Below, in pieces: positions 1 to 9,873 of a stretch of 64,000 bases of DNA (the stretch's first letter is position 1; every line of letters begins with the position of its first letter). Origin of the DNA: an uncultured archaeon (GTDB lineage: Archaea; Thermoproteota; Nitrososphaeria; Nitrososphaerales; Gagatemarchaeaceae); NCBI GenBank assembly GCA_963799775.1, contig CAWCYD010000003.1:1056001-1120000 (forward strand). Reading direction: 5' to 3'. Position numbers and translations under genes: made by a program. Below the pieces are notes generated by a model. That model saw nothing but the letters and a program-made list of their open reading frames with translations. It did not search any database and was not told the DNA's origin.

Positions 1-1655
1 GTCGTGCTCAGGTCAGGAGTGCCTGCTGCCCCCTTGGGGTCGAAGTTTCGGCCAAAGTCGTTGCCCTGAACGACCTCGCCTGTGGCTGGATTCATCAGGA
101 CCCTGCCGTCGTTGTCCTGAGGGTGAGAGAAGTCGAACATGTTCGTGATGCTCCCTGCGAGGTGGTCGTAGGAGGCGGGGCCGAGATTACCGAGGTTCCA
201 GTTGTACTCGATGAAGCTGACTATGGCGGTCTGGCTGGCGAGTGTGTTGTCCACATAGTTGGACTTGGCGTATGGGGATACGACGAGGATTGGGATCCTT
301 GGGCCGTAGCCGCACCTGTTGTCGACTCCCAGCGGCGAGGTTCCTGCGCCGCAGACGCCCGCTCCGTTGAGTACGTCGTTGGGGCCGCTCGAGGGGCTCA
401 CGATCGGTGGCATGACGCTGTCGTACCATCCGTCAGAGTCGTCCCAGTTGATGATCACCGCGGTGCTGCTCCATGACGGAAGGCTCATGAGCTGGTTGAT
501 TGTGTTCACCAACCAAGTCTGTTCGTCGAGTGGGTCGGAGTTGCCTGGATGGCCATCCTGGAATCTTGGAGCTTTCAGGTAGCTGACGGCCGGCAGGTTG
601 CCCGAGTCGGCGGCTGTCCAGAAGGATGAGAGGTCGTATTGGTGGTTCGCCTGATCGGTGTAGCCAATCATGGAGGCCGAGCTCGGAGGCAGGTGATGTG
701 GGTTGGAGGTCGAGGCGAAGTACTGGAATGGTTCGTGGTGTGGGCTGTACGCGCCTTCTATGGTCCCTCCCACTTGTGCCTCGGAGGAGCCGCAGACGGC
801 CGCTCCGCTGGAGGTGTAACTCGTGGGGGTGAATCCGCCTTCGAACCAGCCCCAGGTCACGCCAGCGCTGTTGAGAAGGTTGCCTACGTTCTGGGGCGCT
901 CCCGCTCCTGTCGTCATGCCGAGGGTCGTCGTGGAGCCGTCGCTAGTGTAGGAGCAGTCGTCGTAGACGGGGTCGCCGTCGCCGATGATCTGTCCGTTCG
1001 CGAGTGTCCCTGGGACGTTGGAGGCGGTCGTCGTCGTGCCCTCGGGCCCGAGATAGGCTAGCGCCGGGCCTCCTAGTCCAGAGACTACGTTGAGCGCGCC
1101 TGGCGTCGATGGGCCGAAGGTGGTCCCGAATGCGTTGTCGTTGAGAGCGAAGTTCTGGGCGTAGTTCCAGACTGCTGTGACCGTGTTGCCGTCGTAGTAG
1201 TCCATCACTATGCCACCAGAGCAGCTCGTCTGCTCTGGGAACATGTTCATGAGGCCCCCGTTCATTGCTGCCTGCTCTGCCGTGTAGTCGTGGTCGTTGT
1301 CGCAGGTAACAGGCTGGGTCCTGTCGAGACGCGCCGGGTTGTCGGATGGGTTCCCGGTCACGAGCTCGTTGGGGTTGCTCGTCAACATCGGCCCTGTGAG
1401 CCCGTCAGCGGTCGAGGTGTCCGGGGCTGCGTTGAACTGAGGTTCGTTAGGCAGGTTAGCTGCGTTGGGGTAGGTCGCGAAGTAGTGGTCGGTTGAGACG
1501 TTTTCCTGGAAGATGACGACGACGTGCTTTATCGGCGTCGCCGTGTTCGATCCAGGAGGTGCTGGAGGTACTGCATTGGCGGCGATGTTGGCTGTCAACA
1601 TCACCGCTAACATTAACAGAGGAATAGCGATTGATAGTTTCGTCCTTGTTTTCAT
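1..1655 (-). CDS. Secreted phosphoesterase / phospholipase C (AcpA-like) family protein; 3' end runs off the window
   Basis: Not in the ORF track; hand-translated from ATG 1655. Signal peptide, then TPIKHVVVIFQENVSTDHYFATYP, later RCGYGPRIPILVVSPYAK and ASYDHLAGSITNMFDF. The frame stays open to base 1. Confidence 0.85.
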   Translation of the reverse strand, partial: MKTRTKLSIAIPLLMLAVMLTANIAANAVPPAPPGSNTATPIKHVVVIFQENVSTDHYFATYPNAANLPNEPQFNAAPDTSTADGLTGPMLTSNPNELVTGNPSDNPARLDRTQPVTCDNDHDYTAEQAAMNGGLMNMFPEQTSCSGGIVMDYYDGNTVTAVWNYAQNFALNDNAFGTTFGPSTPGALNVVSGLGGPALAYLGPEGTTTTASNVPGTLANGQIIGDGDPVYDDCSYTSDGSTTTLGMTTGAGAPQNVGNLLNSAGVTWGWFEGGFTPTSYTSSGAAVCGSSEAQVGGTIEGAYSPHHEPFQYFASTSNPHHLPPSSASMIGYTDQANHQYDLSSFWTAADSGNLPAVSYLKAPRFQDGHPGNSDPLDEQTWLVNTINQLMSLPSWSSTAVIINWDDSDGWYDSVMPPIVSPSSGPNDVLNGAGVCGAGTSPLGVDNRCGYGPRIPILVVSPYAKSNYVDNTLASQTAIVSFIEYNWNLGNLGPASYDHLAGSITNMFDFSHPQDNDGRVLMNPATGEVVQGNDFGRNFDPKGAAGTPDLST

Positions 1656-1843
1656 GAGCGGTTAGGGGCTGGGAAAATTATTTCTTCGTTGTCGATGGAC
1701 AACGCGTCGACACCATCAAATTTGGGTCTCCACGTGGCCTCACGGAGCCTGTAATACGGCCATAGAGCCCCAATAGAGTCGTTCGCAGAGCTTCAAAAGT
1801 CTAATCTACTCTCACGATGGCGTAGCTTCTTCACGATTACGTC

Positions 1844-2836
1844 ATGCCAGCGAAGCAGAACGTCCTAGTGACCGGACTGCCGGTCAAGGGACACTTGAAG
1901 AAAGTCCTGAGGTACGCGAACGTCTTTTGGCTCTCTGGCATCGGCGAAGGAGAGCTGGACAGGCTCCTGCCGACGATCGACTGCATCCTCGTCCAGACTT
2001 GGTGGCCAGACTCCCTCACTCCAGAGAGGGTAGCCCGGATGAGGCGTCTCCGATTCGTCCAGTCTGGGATGGCGGGCGTCAACCACATTCCGTTCCACAG
2101 CTTGGGGAGGGATGTCGTCGTGAGCAGCAACGCTGGAGGGTTCTCGACCGGCGTTGCGGAGTTCGCGCTCGCGTTGATGCTCGCATCGGCAAAGAAGGTG
2201 GTAATGCTCGACCACTCGCTCAGGACTGGGGAGTTCGACAAGGCCCGCGTGGGAGAGCTGTTCCGGCTGGTCTCCCCCATGAAGGGGATGAGCCTGGGCA
2301 TCCTCGGGTATGGAGGGATAGGGAAGGCGGTGGGCTCGATGGGGCGGAACCTGGGGATGAGGGTCATCGCCTTCTCCAGGCGACCGGAGACGCGCCAAGG
2401 AGTCTCGGTCTACTCAGGCAGCAAAGGCCTGTCGAGGGTGCTGAGCCAGTGCGACTTCGCGGTAATCGCCCTCCCGCTCTCGAAGCTGACCACGGGCCTC
2501 ATCGGGGCGAAGGAGTTGGCGAAGATGAAAAGCGATGCTACGCTCGTGAACGTCGCTCGGGCAGAGATAGTCGACGAGGCGGCCATGTATCGGCACCTCG
2601 TTAGAAACCCACGATTCACCTATGCGACCGACGTGTGGCGGATAGAGGGCGGGAAGGAGACGTACTCCTCTAGGTTTCCATTCTTGAAACTCCCGAATTT
2701 CATCGGGACCCCTCATGTTGCGGGAGGGAGCGCGGCCGTCACAGGCGCGCCAGGGGCGGCCGCTGTCGAGAACCTCTTGCGCTACCTAAAGGAAAGTCAG
2801 CCCCTGAACGTGGTCGACCCGTCTGAGTATGCGTGA
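1844..2836 (+). CDS. D-isomer-specific 2-hydroxyacid dehydrogenase (NAD-dependent)
   Basis: GILGYGGIG Rossmann motif, LVNVARA, TDVW and catalytic TPHVAG. Confidence 0.9.
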   Translation: MPAKQNVLVTGLPVKGHLKKVLRYANVFWLSGIGEGELDRLLPTIDCILVQTWWPDSLTPERVARMRRLRFVQSGMAGVNHIPFHSLGRDVVVSSNAGGFSTGVAEFALALMLASAKKVVMLDHSLRTGEFDKARVGELFRLVSPMKGMSLGILGYGGIGKAVGSMGRNLGMRVIAFSRRPETRQGVSVYSGSKGLSRVLSQCDFAVIALPLSKLTTGLIGAKELAKMKSDATLVNVARAEIVDEAAMYRHLVRNPRFTYATDVWRIEGGKETYSSRFPFLKLPNFIGTPHVAGGSAAVTGAPGAAAVENLLRYLKESQPLNVVDPSEYA

Positions 2837-2839
2837 TGC

Positions 2840-3604
2840 TCAGGCGACGACTCCGGCTTGCTCCTTGAGCCAGCCGTAGCCCTTCTCTTCGAGCTTGAGC
2901 GAGAGCTCCTGCCCGCCGGACGCTGTTATCCTGCCCTCGTACATCACGTGGACGAATGTCGGCATGATGTACTTCAGGATCCTCTGGTAGTGGGTGATCA
3001 CGAGGATGCCCAAGTCGTTGCTCGCGATCTTGCTTACGCCTTCCGCGACGACCCGGAGCGCGTCTATGTCCAGGCCCGAGTCGGTCTCGTCGAGCACCGC
3101 GAACTTCGGCTTCAGCATCGCCAGCTGCAAGATTTCAGCGCGCTTCTTCTCTCCGCCGGAGAACCCCTCGTTGAGGTAGCGGTTCATGAACGACTCGTCC
3201 ATCCCCAGGAGCTTCATCCTCTCAGCCAGGGTCTCCTTGAACTCGAAGATGGTCGGCGCCTGGTTCTTCTCGTCGGAGTGGACCGCGTTGTACGCGGCAC
3301 GCAAGAAGGAGAACATCGTCACGCCTGGGACGGCCACCGGGTATTGGAACGCGAGGAAGAGGCCCATCTTGGCCCTCTTGTCGGGAGTGAGGTCGACAAG
3401 GCTCTTACCGTCGATCAGGATGTCCCCTTGGGTCACCTTGTACTTGGGATGCCCGAGCATGGTGTTCGCGAGCGTGCTCTTGCCGGAGCCGTTCGGCCCC
3501 ATCAGGGCGTGAATCTCGCCCTGGTTGATAGTGAGGTTAACTCCCTTTAGAATCTCGGTCCCCTCCACTGTGGCGTGAAGGTCTCGAATCTCCAGCTTCG
3601 CCAT
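2840..3604 (-). CDS. sufC: Fe-S cluster assembly ATPase SufC
   Basis: GPNGSGKST, FLAFQYPVAVPGV, LNEGFSGGEKKRAEILQ, LDETDSGLDIDAL, ITHYQRIL. Confidence 0.95.
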   Translation of the reverse strand: MAKLEIRDLHATVEGTEILKGVNLTINQGEIHALMGPNGSGKSTLANTMLGHPKYKVTQGDILIDGKSLVDLTPDKRAKMGLFLAFQYPVAVPGVTMFSFLRAAYNAVHSDEKNQAPTIFEFKETLAERMKLLGMDESFMNRYLNEGFSGGEKKRAEILQLAMLKPKFAVLDETDSGLDIDALRVVAEGVSKIASNDLGILVITHYQRILKYIMPTFVHVMYEGRITASGGQELSLKLEEKGYGWLKEQAGVVA

Positions 3605-3762
3605 CGCTAAGACTGGACCGGCGAACGGGTTTCGTTATATAAATCTATAACCTAAGTTATAGCCCGAAAAGATGAGTTATCGAATATAGATGGCGAGCCA
3701 CGAGTCCTTACGGAATAATTTAGCATGCCTTCCTAAATAACACCCAAGCGACAGCGGACCTA

Positions 3763-4122
3763 ATGACCGGCCAATACAAGGCGCCCGACATCCCGAAGGA
3801 CAAGGTCACGCCGACGCTCGTGAGGGACGAGCTCCTGAAGTGCTTCGAGAGCGCGAACAAGGAGTTCATGGACGTTCTTAACCAGCCGACGAACGACGCG
3901 CAGCTGAAGGCCCAGGTGAGGCAGTTCGTGACCGGGTCCTTCCAGAGCTGCGGGGCGAGCTTCGACCAGCCGACCAAGGATGGCATCGTCACGGCAATCG
4001 GCCAGTGCAAGGCCAACGCAGAGGCAATGATGGGTCAGAAGGGGGCGAGCATAATCCAGCACCACTACAACGAGATGATGAAGCTCGTTAACAAGCTCCC
4101 CGAGGCCAAGTCGCGCAGCTGA
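3763..4122 (+). CDS. Hypothetical helical protein (3 Cys plus HH), divergent from sufC
   Basis: 119-aa ORF with host-like codon use and an AT-rich upstream region. Confidence 0.7.
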   Translation: MTGQYKAPDIPKDKVTPTLVRDELLKCFESANKEFMDVLNQPTNDAQLKAQVRQFVTGSFQSCGASFDQPTKDGIVTAIGQCKANAEAMMGQKGASIIQHHYNEMMKLVNKLPEAKSRS

Positions 4123-4328
4123 ATGGTCGGACCGCCTCCGGCCAAGAACCCTTATTATTCGACAGAAGTCGTTGAGGTCGTGCAAAGAGGCGGTTCCTGA
4201 GCACGTCATCACCACAGACTAGCGGTAGTGGTGGGCCAGCCGTCACGAAAGCGGGCGCCAAGATAGCCGCACCCAGGCGTCCGCGCAGGCCCCCTAGCGT
4301 TCTCAAGATCTTCGGCCCCGTCGGAGCG

Positions 4329-5616
4329 ATGGCCATCCTGACGTACATGGCAGAGTACGCGTCCTTCCAGGTTCTGCTCGTGTTCATCTCCAACAAGTTC
4401 ACCGTGACCTTCGCGTTGGGAAACTTCGGCTACTTCTTCGTAGGTTTGGTCTCGAGCGGCTTCCTAGTGGTGTCAGGGGTGGTCGCTATCGCGATGGGCC
4501 ACCTTAGCGACAAATACGGAAGGAGAAAGATAACCATCCTGGGCTGCCTGTTAGGGGCCGTCGCGCTCATCTCGTTGATTCTAGGAAGCGCGGCGACCCA
4601 ACTCGCGCCATTCGCACTAGCGACTGCAATATCGCTCATCGCCCTAGGGCTCGCGCACGGGACGTACACGTCGAGCACCCTGGCATACGGAAGGGCACTT
4701 TGCCGAGCGGCACAAGATGATGGGTAAGGCCTACGGGATCGTCGACGGCGCGGAGTTCGCAGGGTTTGCATTTGGCCCCGCCCTTGGATCAACGGTCGAG
4801 TTCCTCACGAAGAGCAGCACCAACGTGTTCGAGCTCTCGGCGTTAATGATGCTGATTGCCGCCGTTGTGGCGGTGATGGCCATGCCTGAGATAAGGGAGA
4901 GACACTCTAAGTCCAGCCAGGTCGGCCCGCCCGTCCCCGGCGAGGCCGTGGTGGAGAAGGAGATAGAGACGGTGCACGACGTTCCATTGGAAGAGCACGG
5001 GCACAACCACAGCGCGAGCTGGGGGGACTTCATCAACGCCTTCAGGATCCCCATCGTCGGTGTGGCGCTGCTCACAACTCTCGTCGGGGCGGTCGGCTTC
5101 GCGGGCTTCTTCTACTACGTGCCTCTGTACGCTCATTCTCTCGACATCCAGGTGCCCATATTCAGCTGGTTATGGGGCTACTTCGCCTCGATAATGGCGG
5201 TGACCGGCGTGCTCTTCATGGTGCCCTTCGGTCACTACGAGGACAAGACAACAGTCCGCATGCCCTACCTAGTCGCCGGCCTCATAGGAGCCGCTGGGGC
5301 GCTTGCGCTTGTATTCTTCACTGCCAGCGTGGCGACCTTCCTCGTAGCAGCGGTTGCCTTTGGGTTGGCCATCGGCATGGTGAGGGTCAGCCAGCTCGTC
5401 ATCCTGGCGGAGGCGAGTCACGTCTCGAATCGCGCAACGATAATGGGTACGAACCATGCGATGGAACATGTCGGCTATGGCGTGGCTTCCCTTGTGACGG
5501 GGTCGCTGATAGCCTTCTTGGGAGGCTTCGCTCCGGCGTTTCGCGTACTCGCTGTCATCTTGATAATCTCAGGCGTCCTTTTCCTGCTCTACGCCCGCAG
5601 GGCCAAAGTCAAGTGA
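4329..5616 (+). CDS. MFS transporter, split by one frameshift at about 4690; true start probably slightly upstream
   Basis: Motif A GHLSDKYGRRK in 4329..4727 continues in 4717..5616. Paralogue at 59623..60978. Confidence 0.85.
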
Positions 5617-5623
5617 AGAGCTC

Positions 5624-6100
5624 TCAGACGCAGAACTTCGAGATTTTTCCCGCGAGGGCCTCGAGAAACTCTCTGTCGACAGAAGAGTAAGCGTTCAGGA
5701 TGTCGCCGTCGATGTCGATCTCCGCGACGACCTTGCCATCGTGAAGGACCGGGACGACGATCTCAGACTTTGTGTTGGCGAAGCACTGGAGGTAGCGGGG
5801 GTCCTTGGAGACGTCGGAGACTATCTCGGTCCGTCCAGACTTGGCTGCGAACCCACAGATACCCTTGCCGGCAGCGATTGTCGTGTGAGTCGTCGGGGCA
5901 GGTCCGTTCCAAGCGTCTAGCCTGAGCTCACCGGCCCGCAGGAGATAGAGGCCCACCCAGCTGTAGGTCGACTCGCCGGCGAGGAGCTGGACAACGCTCT
6001 TTCGCAGTGCCGCAGGGGCCTGGGCCTTGGAGACCAGAATGTCGACCTCGCTGAGGAGCTCCTTTGCCCTCTCACGGTTGAGTCTTGGTTGAGGTTTCAT
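5624..6100 (-). CDS. GAF-domain protein, free methionine-R-sulfoxide reductase (fRMsr/YebR)-like
   Basis: WVGLY, GKGICGFAA, DPRYLQC, KSEIVVPV, EIDIDG. Confidence 0.8.
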   Translation of the reverse strand: MKPQPRLNRERAKELLSEVDILVSKAQAPAALRKSVVQLLAGESTYSWVGLYLLRAGELRLDAWNGPAPTTHTTIAAGKGICGFAAKSGRTEIVSDVSKDPRYLQCFANTKSEIVVPVLHDGKVVAEIDIDGDILNAYSSVDREFLEALAGKISKFCV

Positions 6101-6214
6101 CGAGCTACACTGTTTTCTGGCAGAGGGGGTTACGAGGTTGCGAGAGGGCTAGTCTGGCGTCCATCTCGCTTTCGATTCTCCGAGGCGATTCTCGTGACTT
6201 AAGGCCTTTGAGCA

Positions 6215-6484
6215 TCATGGTAGCGCCTCTCCCTGCTCGCCGGTCTCGGGCTTGCCCCATCGTCCCACCTTTGGCAGGTTCTTTTCCCTGAAGAGATGCA
6301 GCCCTCTTTGATATCGCTCGAGCTCCACTTCGACGAAACCTATCTCGGAGACCAGGGCGTCGATCTTCTTCTTGTGGTCGCCCTTCGCTGCCCTGAGCGT
6401 CTCGAGCTGCTGCCTCTTCCCGCTGAGCATCTCCGAGAGGAGCTGCTCGTATTCGGTCACCAAGCTAGCGTCGCCTCGCCGCAT
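6215..6484 (-). CDS. Hypothetical coiled-coil protein
   Basis: 89-aa ORF with a plausible helical sequence, in line with the flanking minus-strand genes. Confidence 0.55.
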   Translation of the reverse strand: MRRGDASLVTEYEQLLSEMLSGKRQQLETLRAAKGDHKKKIDALVSEIGFVEVELERYQRGLHLFREKNLPKVGRWGKPETGEQGEALP

Positions 6485-6493
6485 TCAAAATCT

Positions 6494-6530
6494 GTGGCAA
6501 CCTCCCACGAACAGAAAACTGTGGGTTTTC
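6494..6530 (-). mobile_element. Probable right end / omegaRNA 3' hairpin of the IS200/IS605-family element
   Basis: Stem-loop CCCAC-GA-ACAG-AAAA-CTGT-GGG at 6504-6525. The minus strand ends GTGGGAGGTTGCCAC, resembling IS605-group right ends downstream of tnpB. Confidence 0.5.
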
Positions 6531-6580
6531 AGCGCCTGTTTCAGCGCGTTTAGTTCCTGCCTCATCGATAGAGCTTGCCC

Positions 6581-7769
6581 CTACAGTGACCTGTAAGGGT
6601 AGAGGCATATCTCCTCAGGCTTGAGTTGGGGCGTGCCCCGCCCTACCTTTGAGATGGTCAAGCCGGCTATGGCCAGACCGCGTCTTAGCACAACTTGCGC
6701 TGAATTCTGGTCACGCTTGATGGGATAGGCGCAATTCACGCAAGAAAACTCCCTGATCCCCAGGTCGATCTTGTTATGCGTCCCGCAGTGGTAGCACTCC
6801 TGCGTGGAGTACGCAGAGGGAACTCTCACTATTCTCGTGCCTGCCCGCGAACCTTTGCTCTCGACGAGCCTTACGAGTTGTCCCCAAGAGGCATCTCCAA
6901 TCGACTTGGCGAGCCTGTGATTCCTGACCATATTGTTGATTCTCAGGTTCATCGAATGCGATGAAATCATGGCTTTTCACTAGTCGAGCGGATAGCTTGT
7001 TGTTAAAATCAAGGCGCTGTCGCCCGACCCTAGCGTACTGCGACGCGACCCGAGTTCTTGCCTTGAATCGATTTTTCGATCCCTTCTTTTTCCTAGAAAA
7101 GACACGCTTCAGATGCTTCAAACGCCTCTCTCTCTTTCGGAGGAAGCGAGGATGCTCGATTTCCTCGCCATCAGACGTTGTAATCAACGAGAGCAGCCCG
7201 AGGTCAATGCCAATTGCCTTCACGGGCATCACTCTAGCGACTGCGCTCTGAATGGGCAAGACCTCCTCGAAGACGAGGCATGCGAACCACTTGCCATCAG
7301 CCTCTCTCACAATGGTGCATGTCTTGAATAGAGTGTCCTTTGGAAGAGGCCTATGGAAGACGGCCCTGACATTCCCTATCTTCGAGAGGAAGATTCTCTT
7401 TCTCAGGATGTCTGGTCTTACAGAGCCATTGTACGCCTGAGGGTAAGTAAATGAGCCCGCACAACCTTGCCTCTTGAATCGTGGATAATTGGCGCGGTGT
7501 GCGAAAAAAGCACTGAAAGCCTTATCGAGGCGCCTTAACACATCCTGGCAAACCTGGGAATGAAGCTCACGCAGACCTGTTTCTGAGTTACGTTCAGAAG
7601 TCAGAATTGCAGCTTGCATGTTGTAGGAGGTCGACAACCCTTGTGTCTCCCATCTCATTTTTCTGTGAGCAAGTGCATCGTTCCAGAGTCTCCTCGATGC
7701 CTCTAGAGCTTGACACATTCTCGCTTCTTGCTTTTTGGACGGATAGAGGCGAAACTGGAAGCTCTTCAT
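6581..7769 (-). CDS. tnpB: IS200/IS605-family RNA-guided nuclease TnpB (solo, IS1341-like), frameshifted at about 6951
   Basis: N-terminal MKSFQFRLYPS..., RuvC-I GIDLG, RuvC-II IAF[E]NL across the frameshift, Zn finger CYHC/CVNC, RuvC-III RDQNSA. No tnpA nearby. Confidence 0.9.
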
Positions 7770-7888
7770 CAGACTTACCAACAGTTCAACTCGTATTAAA
7801 ATCCCCATCTAGGACCGGGGTTTTGCGAGCCTTTTTCCGGCTTACCGCTGGGAAATCTATAAACGCATCGACGAGGTCGGGAGGTTTC

Positions 7889-8176
7889 ATGAGGTCTAGC
7901 CTGGTCACGGCCGGTGGCCTGATCGCCCTCACTGGGGTGGCATTGTTCGTGGCCCTCGGAGGGCTCGCTTGGCTGGCCTTCATCGCCGGCGGGGTCGTGG
8001 TCTTGGCCTGCGGGTTCGTCCTAGACGAGATGACCCAGCACCTCGAAGCTCCTCCTGGTCACCACTTCTGTCCCTTCTGCTCGACGGTCGTGGCGGACGG
8101 GACCGAGAGGTGCGCGCACTGCAACGGCCTTCAGGAGCTTCAGGCTCAGACCAGGACCGCTCCCCAGTCGCAGTAG
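7889..8176 (+). CDS. Small membrane protein with C-terminal zinc ribbon
   Basis: Two TM segments followed by CPFC...CAHC. ATG 7889 is preceded by GGAGG. Confidence 0.7.
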   Translation: MRSSLVTAGGLIALTGVALFVALGGLAWLAFIAGGVVVLACGFVLDEMTQHLEAPPGHHFCPFCSTVVADGTERCAHCNGLQELQAQTRTAPQSQ

Positions 8177-8199
8177 CGGAGAGGTTGGTCTGATACCCG

Positions 8200-8643
8200 A
8201 TGGAGATCGCCGAGCAAGCCTGCTTGTCGGAAGAGATCGCGTTCGCAGGTCACCATATGGTCAGCGCCCTTCACGAACGGACGATAGAGATAACGACGGA
8301 AGCTCACCTCACCCCCAGAGGAGACTGCATAGTGGGTGTGAGCGCGGAGAAGGGCCTTTCGCAGCTCTCTCCGGCGATGAAGCACGCCCTGAGATCGGAC
8401 GACGCCAAGGTGAGGCTCACGATCCTCACGCCGGGAGGCGATTTCTCGTTCGAGGCGAAGGGGAGCAAGGACCTTACCTTCGAGAGCGCGACGGACATCG
8501 TCATAAGGAAGAGCGGGTTCGTCTGCGGCAGGACGCTGGCGGTCCATGCCGACTCCTCGGCGAGAGAGATACCACGCCCGCTGGTGCGAACTTTGAAATC
8601 CCCTGACGCGATAGGCATACTCAGGATCGAGGTCCGCGCTTGA
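8200..8643 (+). CDS. DUF371 family archaeal protein
   Basis: GHHMVSALHERTIEIT..HLTPRGDCIVGV and DIVIRKS signature. Confidence 0.85.
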   Translation: MEIAEQACLSEEIAFAGHHMVSALHERTIEITTEAHLTPRGDCIVGVSAEKGLSQLSPAMKHALRSDDAKVRLTILTPGGDFSFEAKGSKDLTFESATDIVIRKSGFVCGRTLAVHADSSAREIPRPLVRTLKSPDAIGILRIEVRA

Positions 8644-9621
8644 CTCTCTTCAAGTCCACAGCAAACACGATGCAGGCCCTCGTCAAGTACCACGGGCTGA
8701 AGGACTGGAAGCTACGCTTGCCTTACCACGACAGCATCTCGGTGAACACGACCTCTCTTGGAAGCGAGGTGATAGTCAGAGAAAGCGAGAAAAGTCAGAG
8801 CGAGTTGATGGTGGAGGGGAGGAAGAACGAGGACGCGCTCAGACGGCTCCAGAGCGTCTCCGAGAGGCTCACCGGCAAACCGTTCGAGGAGCTGGGCCTT
8901 CGGCTCGACTCTCGCAACTTCCCAGGGGTGAACGCCAAGGGACTCGGGTTCTCTTCGTCGGCGGGCGCGGCGCTGACGCTAGCGCTCTTCCACGCCACAA
9001 GCAAGGAGAAGCCGGACTACAAGGAGCTCTCCAAGGTCGCCCGCCTGTTCGCAGGGTCGGCATCTCGCACGGTCGTCGGCGGATTCTCCAGGCTCTACGC
9101 CGGAAAGGGGTACGACGACACCTACGCCGAGAAGTTCGCCGACGAGAGGGCACCTTCCCCTGAGGATGGTCATCGTCCCCTTGACCTCGGGCGTCAGGAC
9201 GGAGGACGCCCACAAGGAGGTCGAGAGCTCCCCTTTCTTCAAGTCGAGGATAGAGTCTGCGTCGAAGAGGTGCGAGGAGATGGAGAAGGCGATCAGGGGC
9301 GGAGACCTCCGTAAGATGGGCGAGCTCGTCGAGCAGGACACGCTGGAGCTCCACAGCATCACGATGACCGGGACCAACAGGCTCGTGATCATGAGCCCCG
9401 ACACGATTAGGGTGATCACCAAGGTGAAGGAGATGAGGTCGAACAGCATCGAGGCCTACTTCTCCATGCAGACCGGGCCGTCCGTCTTCATCAACACGAA
9501 CGAGGAGGACCAGGAGAAGGTCAGAAGGGCGATCTCCCACATGGGGTACAAGACCGTCGTCTCGGGCGTGGGCAAGGAGGCGAGGATAGGCCGGGTCGGG
9601 ACGCGAGAGGCGGTTATTTAG
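8640..9621 (+). CDS. mvaD: Phosphomevalonate/diphosphomevalonate decarboxylase-family GHMP protein (haloarchaeal PMD-like), frameshift at about 9150
   Basis: ALVKYHGLKDWKLRLPYHDSISV, GLGFSSSAGAA, SASRTVVGGFS, EQDTLELH, YFSMQTGPSVFIN. Confidence 0.8.
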
Positions 9622-9653
9622 TCCCTCAGGGTTATCCTGTCGGAAACCCTCTC

Positions 9654-9869
9654 ATGCCAGGCAGAGCGAAGATGGTCGTCAGGGAGTACATCGACCAGCT
9701 CAAACAGACCAAGAAGGGCAAACCAGCCCAGATCAAGGACGCGTTGGACATCTACATCGAGCTGTGGGAGAGCTCGATCAAGAACGGGACCGTGTCAGGT
9801 GAGGACTCGATCGAGGACGCGCTGGCCAAGCTGGACGAGGCGGGCGGCCTCTACAGCGCGGCAGAGTGA
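9654..9869 (+). CDS. Hypothetical protein
   Basis: 71-aa ORF with host-like codon use filling an intergenic gap. Confidence 0.6.
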   Translation: MPGRAKMVVREYIDQLKQTKKGKPAQIKDALDIYIELWESSIKNGTVSGEDSIEDALAKLDEAGGLYSAAE

Positions 9870-9873
9870 GGGC

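Noticed and set aside
9140-9170. Programmed ribosomal frameshifting in mvaD and other split genes
   Set aside because: There are no slippery heptamers or consistent signals, and the indels are scattered across unrelated genes.
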